A DNA stretch of 64,000 nucleotides from Pavona decussata. Its lineage: Eukaryota. This document shows positions 13,441 through 26,300 of this stretch, piece by piece (position 1 is the stretch's first letter; every line of letters begins with the position of its first letter). A program made the translations under genes and the position numbers. The DNA is taken from contig CDRNST010000171.1 of the NCBI GenBank assembly GCA_977016875.1, positions 868,001 to 932,000 on the forward strand. Reading direction: 5' to 3'. The notes under the pieces were generated by a model, which did not search any database, was not told the DNA's origin, and was given only the letters and a program-made list of their open reading frames with translations.

Positions 13441-13631
13441 GACTCTCAAACACTTCTACCGCTCAGCAACGAAGGAACGATCGATTCGAAAGAGTCTCGA
13501 ACGAATATAATCAGAAGAGATTGAGCCCACAAATGATCAGCGGCTAACAAATACAGGTACAGAATGTGCCATCGTACATGACGAAATTCCATTTCTCGAA
13601 CCAGTCCTCCTGCAAACATTACAAAACAAAA
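13441..13631. promoter_or_regulatory. Bidirectional promoter region between TMEM38 and EBNA1BP2
   Basis: The divergent ATGs at 13440 (-) and 13632 (+) are only 191 bp apart. Confidence 0.75.
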
Positions 13632-16600
13632 ATGGCCGACGTTGAAGAAGAGTTTATGGAAAGCGACTCCGATTTAACAGATGAAGAGGTCAGATTTGCC
13701 AGTTTTAGAAATCGCCGTGTTCGTCATTAGTGTAGATTGTCTAATACATTATATTTTTTTCGTTTCACAGCTTCAGCGAGATTTCGCAAGCGGAAAGCTT
13801 CATGTCGGTTTGAACAGGCTTCAACCACAGGAGAAGACACGTGCTTTGTACAATAACGTTGTAAGTTTATTATGGCGAGCTGCTATGGGTTTATCGTGGC
13901 GTGTACGTCTGAGTTTAAAGGAGGAAAGGGCTAGATTGCAGAATATCCGTCCCACCAAATATCTAACTTAAAATCCACTACGGGACTGCGGACCGCGGTA
14001 CGGTAGTTAATAGCACTCCAATTGAATACTTAGATCAATTACTTATTCATCTGTTGAGTGCGGTAGTACGGACCACGGGTTTCAGAGTAGTAACGCACCT
14101 TGCGAGTGGACGGGTATTCTGCAATTGCTCCATACATGTACATGTATAGACTTCAGAAAGCTAACCAAGACCCCTATTAGTCTGAATACAGCTAATTTAG
14201 ACTAAGTTTAATCCAGTCCCCAGTGGATTACATTATTTCTGCAGTCTACTTTGAGCTAGATCACAGAATATAGGACCACTTTTGCAAGTGTAGTTGGTCA
14301 CTGGCTGATTGGTAAGTTGCCTAGTCATCTTCCTCATTCTGTTAAGCACTAAATCAGCTCACAAGCTGTGGAGCCATCGAAATATGGAATTTTACTCATA
14401 CTGCTCTGCCAGTTGCCTTATAAGGAGAGTCTTCTCCTTGTAAAGGAGAGACAAAAGAGGATTTTGCACTCAGGGTACGGTATGTATACCCAACCCAACT
14501 GTACCTGACAGTACTGTTCTACTACTTTTTACACCCATTTTGAAATCACTGGTGATCCTTGCAATCTGATTGGCTCTCAACAGTGTGATTTATTCCCAAA
14601 TTGCACCATTTTTTGCTCTAAATTGCATCCTTTCTTTAGCCCATCAAAATGGAAATGAAGTAACAAAAATAGAATATTAACATTGACAATGATACTCTGT
14701 GATTTCAAAATAGGTGTAACAAAGTGGTAATTGAACTTTGTGTCGTGCAAATTCAGTCTGAAATCATACTTGTGATTTCAAATCAAACTCGCGCTGTGCG
14801 CTCGTTCGATTTTGAAATCACACATATGATTTCAGACCAAATTGCACTCCACTCAGTTCAATTACCATTATTAATTATGATAAATAAATAATAATAGCTA
14901 TTATTACTTTATTATCTCCCAGCCTGGTATGAAGCAGAAACTGGAGCAAGTTGCCCAAGACCTTGACTGGATTGAAAGAATGGACATCACTGTGGACAGA
15001 GAAGAGGAAGAAGAAGGCGAAAGTGTGAAGACAACTGCGGCACCCACACCCAGCAGTGAGAAGAGCATCCATGATGACTTCCAGAGAGAAATGAGATTGT
15101 AAAATTAAAATTATAATTTTTAATTATTAAAAATACCATTGTATTGTGTCCTAAATACAGTCAAATCTCGCCTTGCAGACACCTGGGTATTATGGAGACC
15201 CTGATAAGATGAACAGCAGCTAAATCTTCAGCAAAAATAAATTACAGATGCTTGACTGAAATAAATTCCCACTGTTATGGACTCTCACTATTAAGGACAC
15301 TAACTTGCAATCCCAAGGGTGTCCGCAATAAAGGGAGTTGACTGTAGTGTTCTAAATAGGAAAAAGAACTTACTAACACCGCACAGTTATGGACACTCTC
15401 TAGACTGCTGTATGTACATTGTATTGTTGTCCTGACGATGTTCTGCATTTACATTGTAGATGTCCAGTATAATGGAACTTGTCTGGAAAATACGTTCTCA
15501 GTACTTCTACGAAATCTACCTTTTAACTACATGTTACTAAGTCCATGGATGGTAATGTGATACCAAATTGATTTCAATTGTTTCAGTTACAAGCAAGCTC
15601 AAGCTACAGTGGCCAAGGCACTTCCCAAGCTGAAGGAACTGGGGATTCCAACTAAACGACCAGATGATTACTTTGCTGAAATGGTGAAATCTGATGATCA
15701 CATGCAAAGGGTATTGACATCTATGCAACTTTGTACCGTTTCTTTTAACAATAACTGTAAATCAACTGATCAGGTCTGTTTAAAATTCCTTGCATAGTTT
15801 TTTCATATTTTTGTACAAGTGATTGGAGAAGGACTGTTCAACATTTGGGGGATTACACTCCACATACATGTAAAAATTGTCACATTTTTAAACTCCTTTT
15901 GAAGGTAAGGTGCATATCCAGAATTTATCATGTTAAGTGGGAGTCTGAAGCAAAAACAGGCTGACTTCAATGTGTTTCAGAAATGAAAAAAAGGAAAAGA
16001 CATTCTGTACCTCAGTTTTTGGACAAAATCCATTACCCAAGTCCCTGGAGCCCTTCCTAAGTGGGAATAACTCCTTTAACTCCTTTATTGCACTACTCAA
16101 CCCCCAACATTGATACTGTAGAAAACAAAGAGATACACAATATTCTAGTTTGACATATGCAGTCAACTTTCACCTTGCGGACACCTCACTATAATTGTCT
16201 ATTACGGACTCCCCGATAATACGGACAGCAGCTAAATCCCTGACAAAAATAGAGTACAAACATTTGACTGAAATAAATTCCTGCTATTAAGGACTCTCAC
16301 TATTAAGGACACTAACTCGCAGTCCGAGGGTGTCTGCACTAAAGAGAGTTGACTGTACAATCCATTTACTCAGTCCATAATTGAATGCTACAGTATCTCT
16401 CATAAATAAATGCAGCCTTTTTTTAATTTAAAGTGAAAAAGTAAATCCATGAGAAAGCACTGTAAATGCATGTCCATGCATTAAAGCAAAACAAATTTAA
16501 TGTAAGTGCCCTATAGCCATTAATGTGTTCTGGTACAATAGCCTGACCAAGTTTCAAGTTTCTTTATTTCCACATACTAATCAATGCATTTCTTCCTGTC

Positions 16601-19600
16601 ACAATGCCTTGATTAGGTGAGAGCAAAATTACTTAGCAAGCAGCAAGCAATGGAGAGATCAGAGAAAGCAAAGAAGCAGAGAGAGATGAAGAAATATGGC
16701 AAAAAGGTAGAGTACTAATTCATATTTCCTGCCTTTTCAAAAGTGGATACCTCTTGCAGACAGACAGACAGACAGACAGACCCCTCTCTGAAGTGAACTC
16801 CTCCAGACAAAGTGAGACCTGATATTAAAAGATCTGTGAGAGTCCTTCATCCAAAATCAGATTGTGCAGTTCCGGAAAATATCCATACTCCCCCCATGGA
16901 AAGTTTTTTGTCCTGCACCCCCTCCCCCCCCCCCCGAGGAAATTCCAGTTTTGCTTTGTGCTTTGTTTTAAAATTTTGGTTTTTAAGACCCCCTCCCCCT
17001 GAGAATTTCCAATGACCTTCCATGGGGCAGGTGTGGATTTTTTCTGGAACTGCATATTCTCATACATGTACATGGTAGGAATCCCTTTAAAAAATTATGG
17101 CAATCATCTGTCACTTTTACATGTATGTGCATTTCTGCCCACCCACATGGAGCATTCAGGCTGTCCAATAATATTGGTTTTTTTTCTTGTCAGGTCCAAC
17201 AAGAAGTTTTACAAAAAAGGCAGAAGGAAAAGAAGGCAATGATGGAAGCTGTGAAAAGCTACAAGAAGCGTAAGTACAGACACCTGTGGTGATATTACTG
17301 ATAAAAGTTTGAAGACAGGGTTCGTACGGGTCATGGAAAACCTGGAAAGTCATGGAATTTTAGAATTTCATTTTCCAGGCCTGGAAAGTCATGGATTTTA
17401 ATTGTGGGTCATGGAAAGTCGTGGAAAATAATATTATGTTTATTAAAAAGAACAAAATAAATTGGTTTTTTTTGCAAAGGAAATAGTAAAAACATACCCA
17501 AATGAAAGATGATTTCCAAGAAAATGATCAAATTTAGGTCATGGAAAACTTGGAAAAGTTGTTGAAAAGGTCATGGGAAGTCATGGATTTTCAAAAGCTC
17601 AAAAGAGTACAAACCCTGGAAGAGTCTGAATCCAGGAATTTAAACTTGGCAACATTGTTTGGAGGTGCGTGTTCTCACCACTGTTCCATCCCTGCTGACA
17701 AAGATTAATATAAAAAAGCAAAAACAGATATCAAGCTTGTTGCATGTACATGTATAGAGACCTTTTTATCTTTACAGTAAATGCAATGGTATGTGTAATT
17801 TAAATTAATTTAAAAGCTTAATTTGTAATTTTTTGCATATGTGTAATGCATGCCTGTAGATGTAAGTGCTGTCATTCCTGGGGCTAGTAGCTTTCTGTGA
17901 TAAGTTTTGATATTTCTGTCTGTTACTCTTCTTCAGTTAGTTTTGCCAGCATCCAGGCAATTTTACAGGGCACAGTTGGACTCTTGTCAAGTCCTGAATC
18001 TGCTATGCAGTGCCTACTGCTACGAAACGTTACTTTTTAGAGTGCAAGGTTTTGTCGTCTTTTTATGGCCTTTTTTAAGGAGGTAAAACAACTGCAAATT
18101 CAGATCTACCAGGCATTGGGGATGAATTTCAAATCCAGGCTGAGAAAAACCCTTCAAGTACTAACAAGGGCAAAGTTATTAAACGGTGAGAATTCTTGCA
18201 ACAAACTTTCAGCAATGCAGTAAAGCAGAACCCCAGATCCCTTTTCTGGTTTTGTGAGCATATGTAAAGTTGTACTCAGACCATACATAACAGGAAGTAT
18301 TATAGCATGTATGACTGGATCGGAGATCTACTCAAACCAGTAGTGAGATGGAACGGAGGGAGAGGTGGACAGAATCTGCCTTCACGGATTTCAGACATTT
18401 ATAGCTTTTCTAATATGCAAGGAAAACCCATCAAACTTTGCAAATTTTGCTGAATTTATCTATGGGCATAATGTTTTAGTTTCAGGCCTTTTGTGGCTCT
18501 TTCCCATGGTTTTGAAAGTTAAACAAAATCCAAGATGGTAGTACCAAGATGGCTGCTATTTGGAAATCATTATCATGATACAGTGACTAACTGGAGTATT
18601 ACAACAAAAATAATATTAACAGATTAAAGAGCATGACTTCTCATCAAGCAATACTCTCTAGTTGAAATGATTTTTCTCTCCTCAGTAATATTAATCCCCG
18701 AAACAATCACTCCCTTTTGGAGCAAATAATATTAAATAAAATTAATAAATCATCATCATCATCATTATTATCAATAAGTTATCATCATTGTCGTCATCAT
18801 TTACCATAATCACTCCCTCCCCCACCCCTGCTAATATTCAAGGGAAACACTAGAAACAGATAGTAAGGTGTTCGTTGGACATTGAATTTCAAGGCTGGAT
18901 GCAGGATGTTTGTCCCATGAACCTAGTTTAACGACCTTACATGTAGTTGCCACAAGTCTCCTGTAACTCAGTGGTAGAGCATGCTAACTAGTGATTGGAA
19001 GGTCTTAGGTTTGACTCCTGAGCACTTGGATTTCCTTTCTTTGCGTTTGCCTGTGTCACTCAGTCACTGAATAATACACCATTCTTGACAGTGAACTGTT
19101 AGGAAAACCTAACAGAATGCTAGGTGTTACTCTGCAATGGACCATCTTCTCTTTCCTCCGACTTATACACCTCTTTTGGCTCTATTTTTTTTCTCTGCAG
19201 TGGTAAAAGTGCCAAGAGGAAAAGAAAGGTAAGNNNNNNNNNNNNNNNNNNNNNNNNNNNNNNNNNNNNNNNNNNNNNNNNNNNNNNNNNNNNNNNNNNN
19301 NNNNNNNNNNNNNNNNNNNNNNNNNNNNNNNNNNNNNNNNNNNNNNNNNNNNNNNNNNNNNNNNNNNNNNNNNNNNNNNNNNNNNNNNNNNNNNNNNNNN
19401 NNNNNNNNNNNNNNNNNNNNNNNNNNNNNNNNNNNNNNNNNNNNNNNNNNNNNNNNNNNNNNNNNNNNNNNNNNNNNNNNNNNNNNNNNNNNNNNNNNNN
19501 NNNNNNNNNNNNNNNNNNNNNNGCTAGTCAGATTCATTCAGCCAGCCAGTCAATCACTGAGTCAGTCAGTCAGTCAGTCAGTCAGTCAGTGAGTCAGTCA

Positions 19601-20422
19601 GTTAGTCAGCCAGCCAGCCAGTCATTGAGTCAATCAGCCAGCCAGTCAGTGAGTCAGTCAGTCACTCAACCAGCCAGTTAGTGAGTCAGTCATCAAGACA
19701 AGCCAGCCAGTCTGTCAGTCATCGGTCAGTCACCCAGGTAATCAGCCATTCAGGCACCCAACCAGCCAGTTGGCCAGCTAGTCATTCAAATCAGTCAGTC
19801 AGAATCATAAATCTACATAAAGTGAAAAAACAAACAAAAAAAAAACCAATATATGGAAGATCCAATCTAGTCCAGTCAGCCAGCCAATTCACGAAACTAT
19901 CAATCTTTTTAATTTGAATGTTAAGAGCCATTCATGTACATCTCCTATTTACCCACTTCCTTATTTCTGCGACAGGATTCTAAGTTTGGTTTTGGAGGAA
20001 TGAAGAAAGGAATGAAAAGAAACACTGCACAGAGCTTTTCGGACGTGACTTCTTTTAATTCAGCAAAACACAGCAAGGCACCGAGAGCTAAAGCTGGAAA
20101 TATGGTAAGAAATAAATGAACGCGTAAGAACATAAAACGCGCGTCACCCCTTTTACTCACACATATAACAAGGTGTGAAAAGATGAGAACAATTTATTCA
20201 ACTGTTGAAGTATTTTTGATGGTATTGCTTATTGAGGACATTGTAAATTACAGAAAGTAGCATTGTAAACGGAGCATAACCAGCGGACCTTTCTGCTATC
20301 ACCACAGGAAAGTACCTTTCATTTGAATGGTCACACTTTAGGATGTCATCTGCACACTCGAAATGTTAGAACCACCTTGTACAGCATAATAAACTGCACC
20401 ACAGGATAATAATAATAATAAT

Positions 20423-20474
<52 letters not shown>

Positions 20475-20799
20475 TTGCGCATATACAATAGAAATATTTT
20501 CATATGCGCATAACAGCAATAAGATCAGGAAAGTATTGCTCAGTAGCTTTCATTTGAATCTCTTTCCGTCTTGTACAACGTGGTAAACCGTTGCAATCGG
20601 TAGCTTCATTTGAAATGACGTTTTAAAGTGATTTTTCAGTTCCACAGACTCCAACTTTGAAATTGTACATGTGACAGTACTCTTCTTTGTCCATAACGAC
20701 AAAGCTATTTTCTATTGACGTTGCTTTCATTCTTTTTAGGGTAAAAAGAGGAAAAATGTTAGACCCGGCAAATCGCGGAGGAAACAGATGAAGAAATAA
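13632..20799 (+). CDS. EBNA1BP2: rRNA-processing protein EBP2, ~311 aa; exons 13632-13688, 13771-13860, 14923-15098, 15587-15710, 16617-16706, 17194-17269, 18080-18185, 19201-19228, 19976-20104, 20740-20799
   Basis: GT-AG exons in consistent phase give ...LDWIERMDIT...DDFQREMRFYKQAQA...PTKRPDDYFAEMVKSDDHMQRVR...EKAKKQREMKKYGKKVQQEVLQKRQKEK...KFGFGGMKKG.KRNT...RPGKSRR, diagnostic of Ebp2. An N gap lies in intron 8. Confidence 0.95.
14700..14875. mobile_element. Palindromic MITE-like repeat; fuller copy at 63240-63425
   Basis: Inverted ends TAATGGTAATTGAACTGAGTGGAGTGCAAT / ATTGCACTCCACTCAGTTCAATTACCATTA in the 63 kb copy; the 14.7 kb copy has the right end and a diverged left end. Confidence 0.6.
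15157..15346. mobile_element. Tc1/mariner-like MITE (TA|CAGTC...GACTG|TA); second copy ~16158-16357
   Basis: Termini TACAGTCAAATCTC...GAGTTGACTGTA. Two homologous copies in EBP2 introns. Confidence 0.65.
17316..17618. mobile_element. Non-autonomous DNA transposon with 5-bp TSD (GAAGA)
   Basis: Termini CAGGGTTCGTAC...GTACAAACCCTG, internal GTCATGGAAA subrepeats, GAAGA on both flanks. Confidence 0.7.
19234..19522. other. Assembly gap (289 N) followed by degenerate (CAGT/CAGC)n repeat to ~19800
   Basis: N run; adjacent tetranucleotide repeat. Confidence 0.98.
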
Positions 20800-23700
20800 A
20801 CTACAATTCCTCGTGGATAATGGGTTAGTTTCAAAAGAAACTGTGGTGCTGCGTCTTTGGGCAGTAGGAACGAATGTTTGGTTTATCAACAGAGTTGAAA
20901 ACTAAAGGTAAATTGGCCACCACAGAGAGATTCGAGTGTGAACTCTCGAATCACTTGACGGTTGCCAATTTACCTTTAGTTCTCAACTCTGTTGATAAAC
21001 CAAACATTCGTTACAATTCCTCGTGTCATGCGAAGCTTGGACATTTCGAATTTGACTAAAGGCAGGCGGCATTAACTACAAGGACAAGAGTCTAAAAAAC
21101 ATGTCTGGAGAATCAGAATTCAGTTTATCAAACTTTTGTCTCAAATGCAAACGTTTTCTTTCTCTTCTCCGGTTCTTGTTCATATGTGAAGTAGACTGAA
21201 AAACACGTCTGTAAAAAGTGTAATAAAACCGTCAACACTACAGAATCTTACAGAAGAAATTTCAGCGTACTTAACATAAAAAAAATTGATTTACCCTTTT
21301 AAAGGAAATGATCCTCGCGTCATCAAATTTTTGTTTTGAAATTGCCCGAATTTGAATGTCACTGAAAAAGGTATACTGGAGTGGTTTCGCAATGAACCAA
21401 TCAGAAATCGAAGCAAATACATGTAATCGTCATCAACGGCGACAAAACGCGTGCGAGCACGGTTTTGCATCTCATTGGTTGAGAAAGTGGCGCGAGTTTT
21501 GTCAACCAATCACAGAGCGTTGTAAAACCAAACTGAAGCAAACGCGAATTACATGTATCTTCGATACAGTTGAAAACTTCTTTTCAGAAGGAACTAAAAA
21601 AAAAGGTATTTGTCAGTTGGCTTACGCGCATTTCTCAATCCCACGTTACCTGTTGTCTGTCTCCCATGTGTGGTGTTCACTGCAGTTTTCATGACCGAAG
21701 GTTTTCTCCTTAGAGAAAAGAACTTCCGATTGTGATTAGCAATTTGTGGCCAGGCGTGTAAAATTGCTTAAAAAAAATCAGAAACAGGCTGCATCAAACC
21801 TTATGTGGAAACAACGTCATCAGCTGCTCCGGTGTTCGGTAGCCAAGCCATTGAATCGTAGCTTTCGCAACCATTCTGTTTGGCTTGGCCTATTCCGTTT
21901 TAGTATATAATAGGAAGAATTTCCAGTTTCACAATGTGTATCTTATACTTAAGTATTTGAAAATTTTGACTGTTGAGCATCCGTTTGTCAAGTCAGTGTT
22001 TGCTTTCCTTTACAACACTGATGAGATGTCGTATTATCGCTTAGAGAATAGTCTTAGAATAGTCAGATTTCAACCTGTAGCTGTCATTATCGTACCCAGG
22101 CTTTCGCATTATTAGAGCTCTTCAAATTTCTTCGTGCCGCATATACTCTTTCCACCTTCATCCCACACCAAAAAACTTGCGTGCACTCAATGCACGCCTT
22201 CAACTCTCTCTAATCGTAACTTCATTACCACTGGAAGACTTACTAGTATTCTTTTATTCTCGAGATGGGAATATATATTGCTTAAAGGGGCAAAGAAGGT
22301 CAGCTAGCCTTTCCTGAGAGCCAACAGAAGCTTAGGAAATTCAAGGAATAAGATTGCGCTCTTCAAACTTTCCGCAACTTAAATGTTCAGTTAATCAGCC
22401 GAACAGATCAGATTGCTTACATGTACACGAATATGCCATCAAGATTAAAATGAGTCTGAAATATAGAATATTGAAAAATCTATAGCTGGTAAAACAGATG
22501 GCGTAAATTTACAGAAATCCTGGCCTGCGTTAACAAATCAACTATTAAATTGCCAAAACAACTTTTTTTTGCCCAAGCTATGAAGTAATTAATATATGGC
22601 GGATTTAGCGGATTTTAAAACAATTCAGTAAACATTCAGTTTATGTTCCTGATTGTATTCGTGGTTTTATTGCAGCGCAAGAAGGGCGATTTTTACTGAC
22701 ATAACCTTTGAAATATAAAGAACACAAACACTAATTCTTTTATTTTGTTAATTGTTGAGTACTTGGAAATCTATTAAGCATTCTGAAGCTGCTTTGTACA
22801 TTTGCATCTTCAAGTGCACCTGTGTCAGTTAAATGTCTTCAATGCCAACAAAAGATTTTGTGGTCACACATTTTTATCCTTGTCTTTCTAAGCTAATAAT
22901 GTTTTTAAAAAGTGATTGGTAAACGAGATGTCTAAAGCCATAGTCATCGTTGTGCTATCAAACAAACCATTAAATTTCGATTTTGTGATCCTGTTTTTTA
23001 TTGAAATCGGCCACAGTTACCATTCAGGGTTTCCATTCACTATGAAGTTGCTCGGTGTGTTTCCGCAGCTGAATCTATAATTGTCGGCTGAAGTAGAGAC
23101 TAAGGCAATAAGTGTTTTAACTGAATGGAGAAAACAAAATTTGCATCTCCAAATCCTTCTTTTTCTACTTTCTAAAACTTAGCTAACATTGTTTTTAAAA
23201 AGTGGTTGATAAGTGAATTGTCCATAAGACTTAATCATTGTTGTGCTTTCAAACAAACCATTAAATTTCGATTATGTGATTTAGCTTTTATTGAAATCGG
23301 TGACAGTTACCATTCAGGGTTTCCGTTCACTAAGAACTCTATTCATTTGAAGTTCCTTTGTTCATCTGAATCTGGAATTATATGACTGACAAAGATAAGT
23401 GTTTCCTCTGAGTGGAGAAAACAAAATTTGCATCTCAAAATCCTCTTTTTCGATACTGATTCTCAAATATTCGTTTTCAGCCTGGGAAGAAAATCAACCT
23501 TTTTGGATAACTTTTCTGTGTTTCATGTGTTGTGTGTATTGCATCGCTTCTTTTCGCTTCAGGTTAAAATTTCTTCACGATAACACCGCTATTATTTCAG
23601 TTAATAATATACACATTGAAGAGACACATTGGAGAGGTTTATTAAATTTAGGTTTTCTTTATTCTTTAAGCAAAGGATTGGACGTAATAATACAGTTTCT

Positions 23701-23924
23701 AATTACGTGAAAATCTTCAGATGCTTTCCCGTTGCAGCTGTAGACCGCAACCCAAGCCCAGGGAAATCAAAGCAGTGTCGGTTCGCTTCACCTCGTCAGT
23801 AACACATCTACTCTGTTTCCGATCTGAAAATAAGAATCTTCCGCTGGAAGCAAGGTGTACCTTCTGTCTCTTAAATCCAAAAATATATATTTCAAGAACT
23901 CGCCTCACGCAAAAGTAACGTATC

Positions 23925-25129
23925 ATGAACGTAACTAACACCAAAGGATCGACGATCGCCAATTCTTCTTCCATGGCCAGGCCAATTTTCGTCTGCCCAC
24001 TGTTGCCGTACTTCATCTGGGACTTAAAAAACCCAACTTGGTTTCTCTCATTTCAGTTTGCAATCACCGTCACATCGATCGCTTGCCCGGCTACCACTGT
24101 TTTAAATATCTTAGTGATCGTAGCGGTGAAGAAAACAAAAGAGCTGAAAAAGAACTCAAACATTTTACTTTCGAGCCTGGCTGGAGCAGATCTTTTAGTG
24201 GGCGCCGTAGCCATGCCACTGGCAATCATTGTTTGTGCGTTAGCTCTCCAAGAACATTTAGTTGAGGATGTTATTTGTACCATAGATTACGTGAGTGATT
24301 CTGTCATATACACTGCTACTACTCTTTCAACTTTCCTTTTAGTTTTAATCGCTTGGGAGCGATATGTAGCGGTAACAAAATGGGCAGACTACAGGACTAT
24401 TGTCACAAGAGGCCGTATTAAGAAATACGCAAGAATAGCATGGCTCCTAATTTATTTTGGTGTATTCCCGTTCTTATAATACCAGCTTACCACTCTCAGC
24501 ACGAAGTCGTAGCCACTATAGATGTCGTCACAGCTGTCTTCGGCGGCCTTAAAATAGCTTTCTGCTTAGTTCTAATCGTATATTACTATATCATGGTTTA
24601 CCGCGGAGTACGTAAATGGAACCGAAGCCAAATCCGCCAAGTGCAAGCTTTGGTTAACGCCAAAGTAGAAACTAAGGCTGCTTATACGGCTTTCTTGTTA
24701 ACATTTTCGTTGGGTATTTCAATCGTTCCGGTAATTATGGTTTTAACCTTCGGGGGAGTTTGGCCTTTTCTGCGGAAGCGTTCGTTTTTAAGGTGGAGCA
24801 AGACAATGGTTTCGTTAAACTCTTTATTTAACCCTCTTCTCTACTGCTACAGAAACCGCGTTTTCAGGAAAGCAGTGTGGAAGTTGCTAAGATCACCGGG
24901 AAAATCTCCGAGAATCCAGCCGGTGGACACGGATCGCAAACAGCGATACATCAAGCGCGCAAGGTATGGCACTTCAACTGCATCGACAAACGAGAATAAT
25001 GGAGACCTTGAAACCGTTCAACAATGCCATTTCCGTTGGACTCGATCACGGTCTTGTGGTGCCCTTAAATGCTTAGAACAAGTTGGAAAAAGAGCAAGGG
25101 AGAGAGCTTCGTCCACTGCATCGTGTTGA
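23925..25129 (+). pseudogene. Class A (rhodopsin-like) GPCR copy 1, intronless, 1-bp frameshift at ~24449/24450
   Basis: ORFs 23925-24479 and 24440-25129 together give the 7TM protein (LAGADLLVG, WERY, NSLFNPLLY). CTAATTTATT here versus CTAGATTTATT in copy 3 shows one missing G. Could be an assembly error. Confidence 0.8.
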
Positions 25130-26099
25130 GCACGCATTGCATGATTCTGTCCTATTCTCGGTTTGTCAGTAGATCGGGGCAAGGTTACCATCCATAGACG
25201 AAACAGATTGGCGATGCTCAGCGCAATTCAGCATGCAAGCCGTACAGTAAATGTTGCTGTAGTGGTGCCGCTGAAGGGAATCCAATAAAGCGATGTCGAT
25301 CGACTTAAGGACTGTCAGTTTAAACAGACATTACTAAACTGGAGAAAAGCTGACTGTTGCAGCTATGATCAACCAGAAACCCTTAGAGGATGAAAAATTT
25401 TACCGATAATTAACGTTTTTCAACAGAATTTCTAGTATAAACTGAGATAGCCGGCGCTGAAGGGAGAAGGCAGTTAACAAAAGTGCTTGCTATAGAAATT
25501 GAATTGCTTTTATAGTGTCAACTATTGAAATTGAACAACTTAAGAAATGCTAACCGGCGTGCGGTTATTTGAATCAACGAAAGCTTTCAAGGTAAGCCTC
25601 ATGAAGTTCTTTTCCGTGGTGCAATTTGCCCCACGCTCACAACGTACACAACTTAATTTCGTAACAATGGTACTTTAAACTTCTTCAATTTTTATCCTTT
25701 CCTTTTGTTTTGCTATTGTTTTCACAAGTCAACTGGTAAATGAGATGTCTATAATACTTAGTCAGTGTTGTGCTTTCAAACAAACCATTTCGTAACAATG
25801 GTACTTTAAACTTCTTCAATTTTAATCCTTTCCTTTTGTTTTGTTATTGTTTTCATACGTCAACTGGTAAATGAGATGTCTATAATACTTAGTCAGTGTT
25901 GTGCTTTCAAACAAACCATTAAATCTTGATTATGTGTTCTGTTTTTATTGATATTGGCGACAGTTAGCATTCAGTGTTTCCGTTCACTAAGAACTCTATA
26001 GCTATTCATATGAAATGCCTTTGTTCATCTGATTCTGGAATTGTATGACTGACGAAAGCAAGTGTTTCCTCTTAATGGAGAAAACATAATTTGCAATTT

Positions 26100-26300
26100 G
26101 AGAACCAACTGAAAAGGCCAACACTTCAGACAGCAAGAAGAAGGAAGAATAAAGCTCAGTGAAGGAAAGAGACAGGATAATCCGATTACCCACACACGAA
26201 GAGATGGCAGACTATCTATGACTTTGTAGAAGAAGAAAAAAGTCAGTCTACATTTCTCGTGTGAAAAATTTTGAAAAACAGTCATCGTCACTGCAGACTG
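26100..26300 (+). pseudogene. Inverted duplicate fragment of the TMEM38 last exon and 3' UTR
   Basis: 26102-26152 reads EPTEKANTSDSKKKEE* versus EPAEKANTSDSKKKKE* in TMEM38. Downstream sequence is the reverse complement of ~9300-9470. Confidence 0.85.

Noticed and set aside
19124-19917. ORFs with X runs and SQSV repeats
   Set aside because: Artefacts of the N gap and (CAGT)n repeat; only 19201-19228 is a real EBP2 exon.
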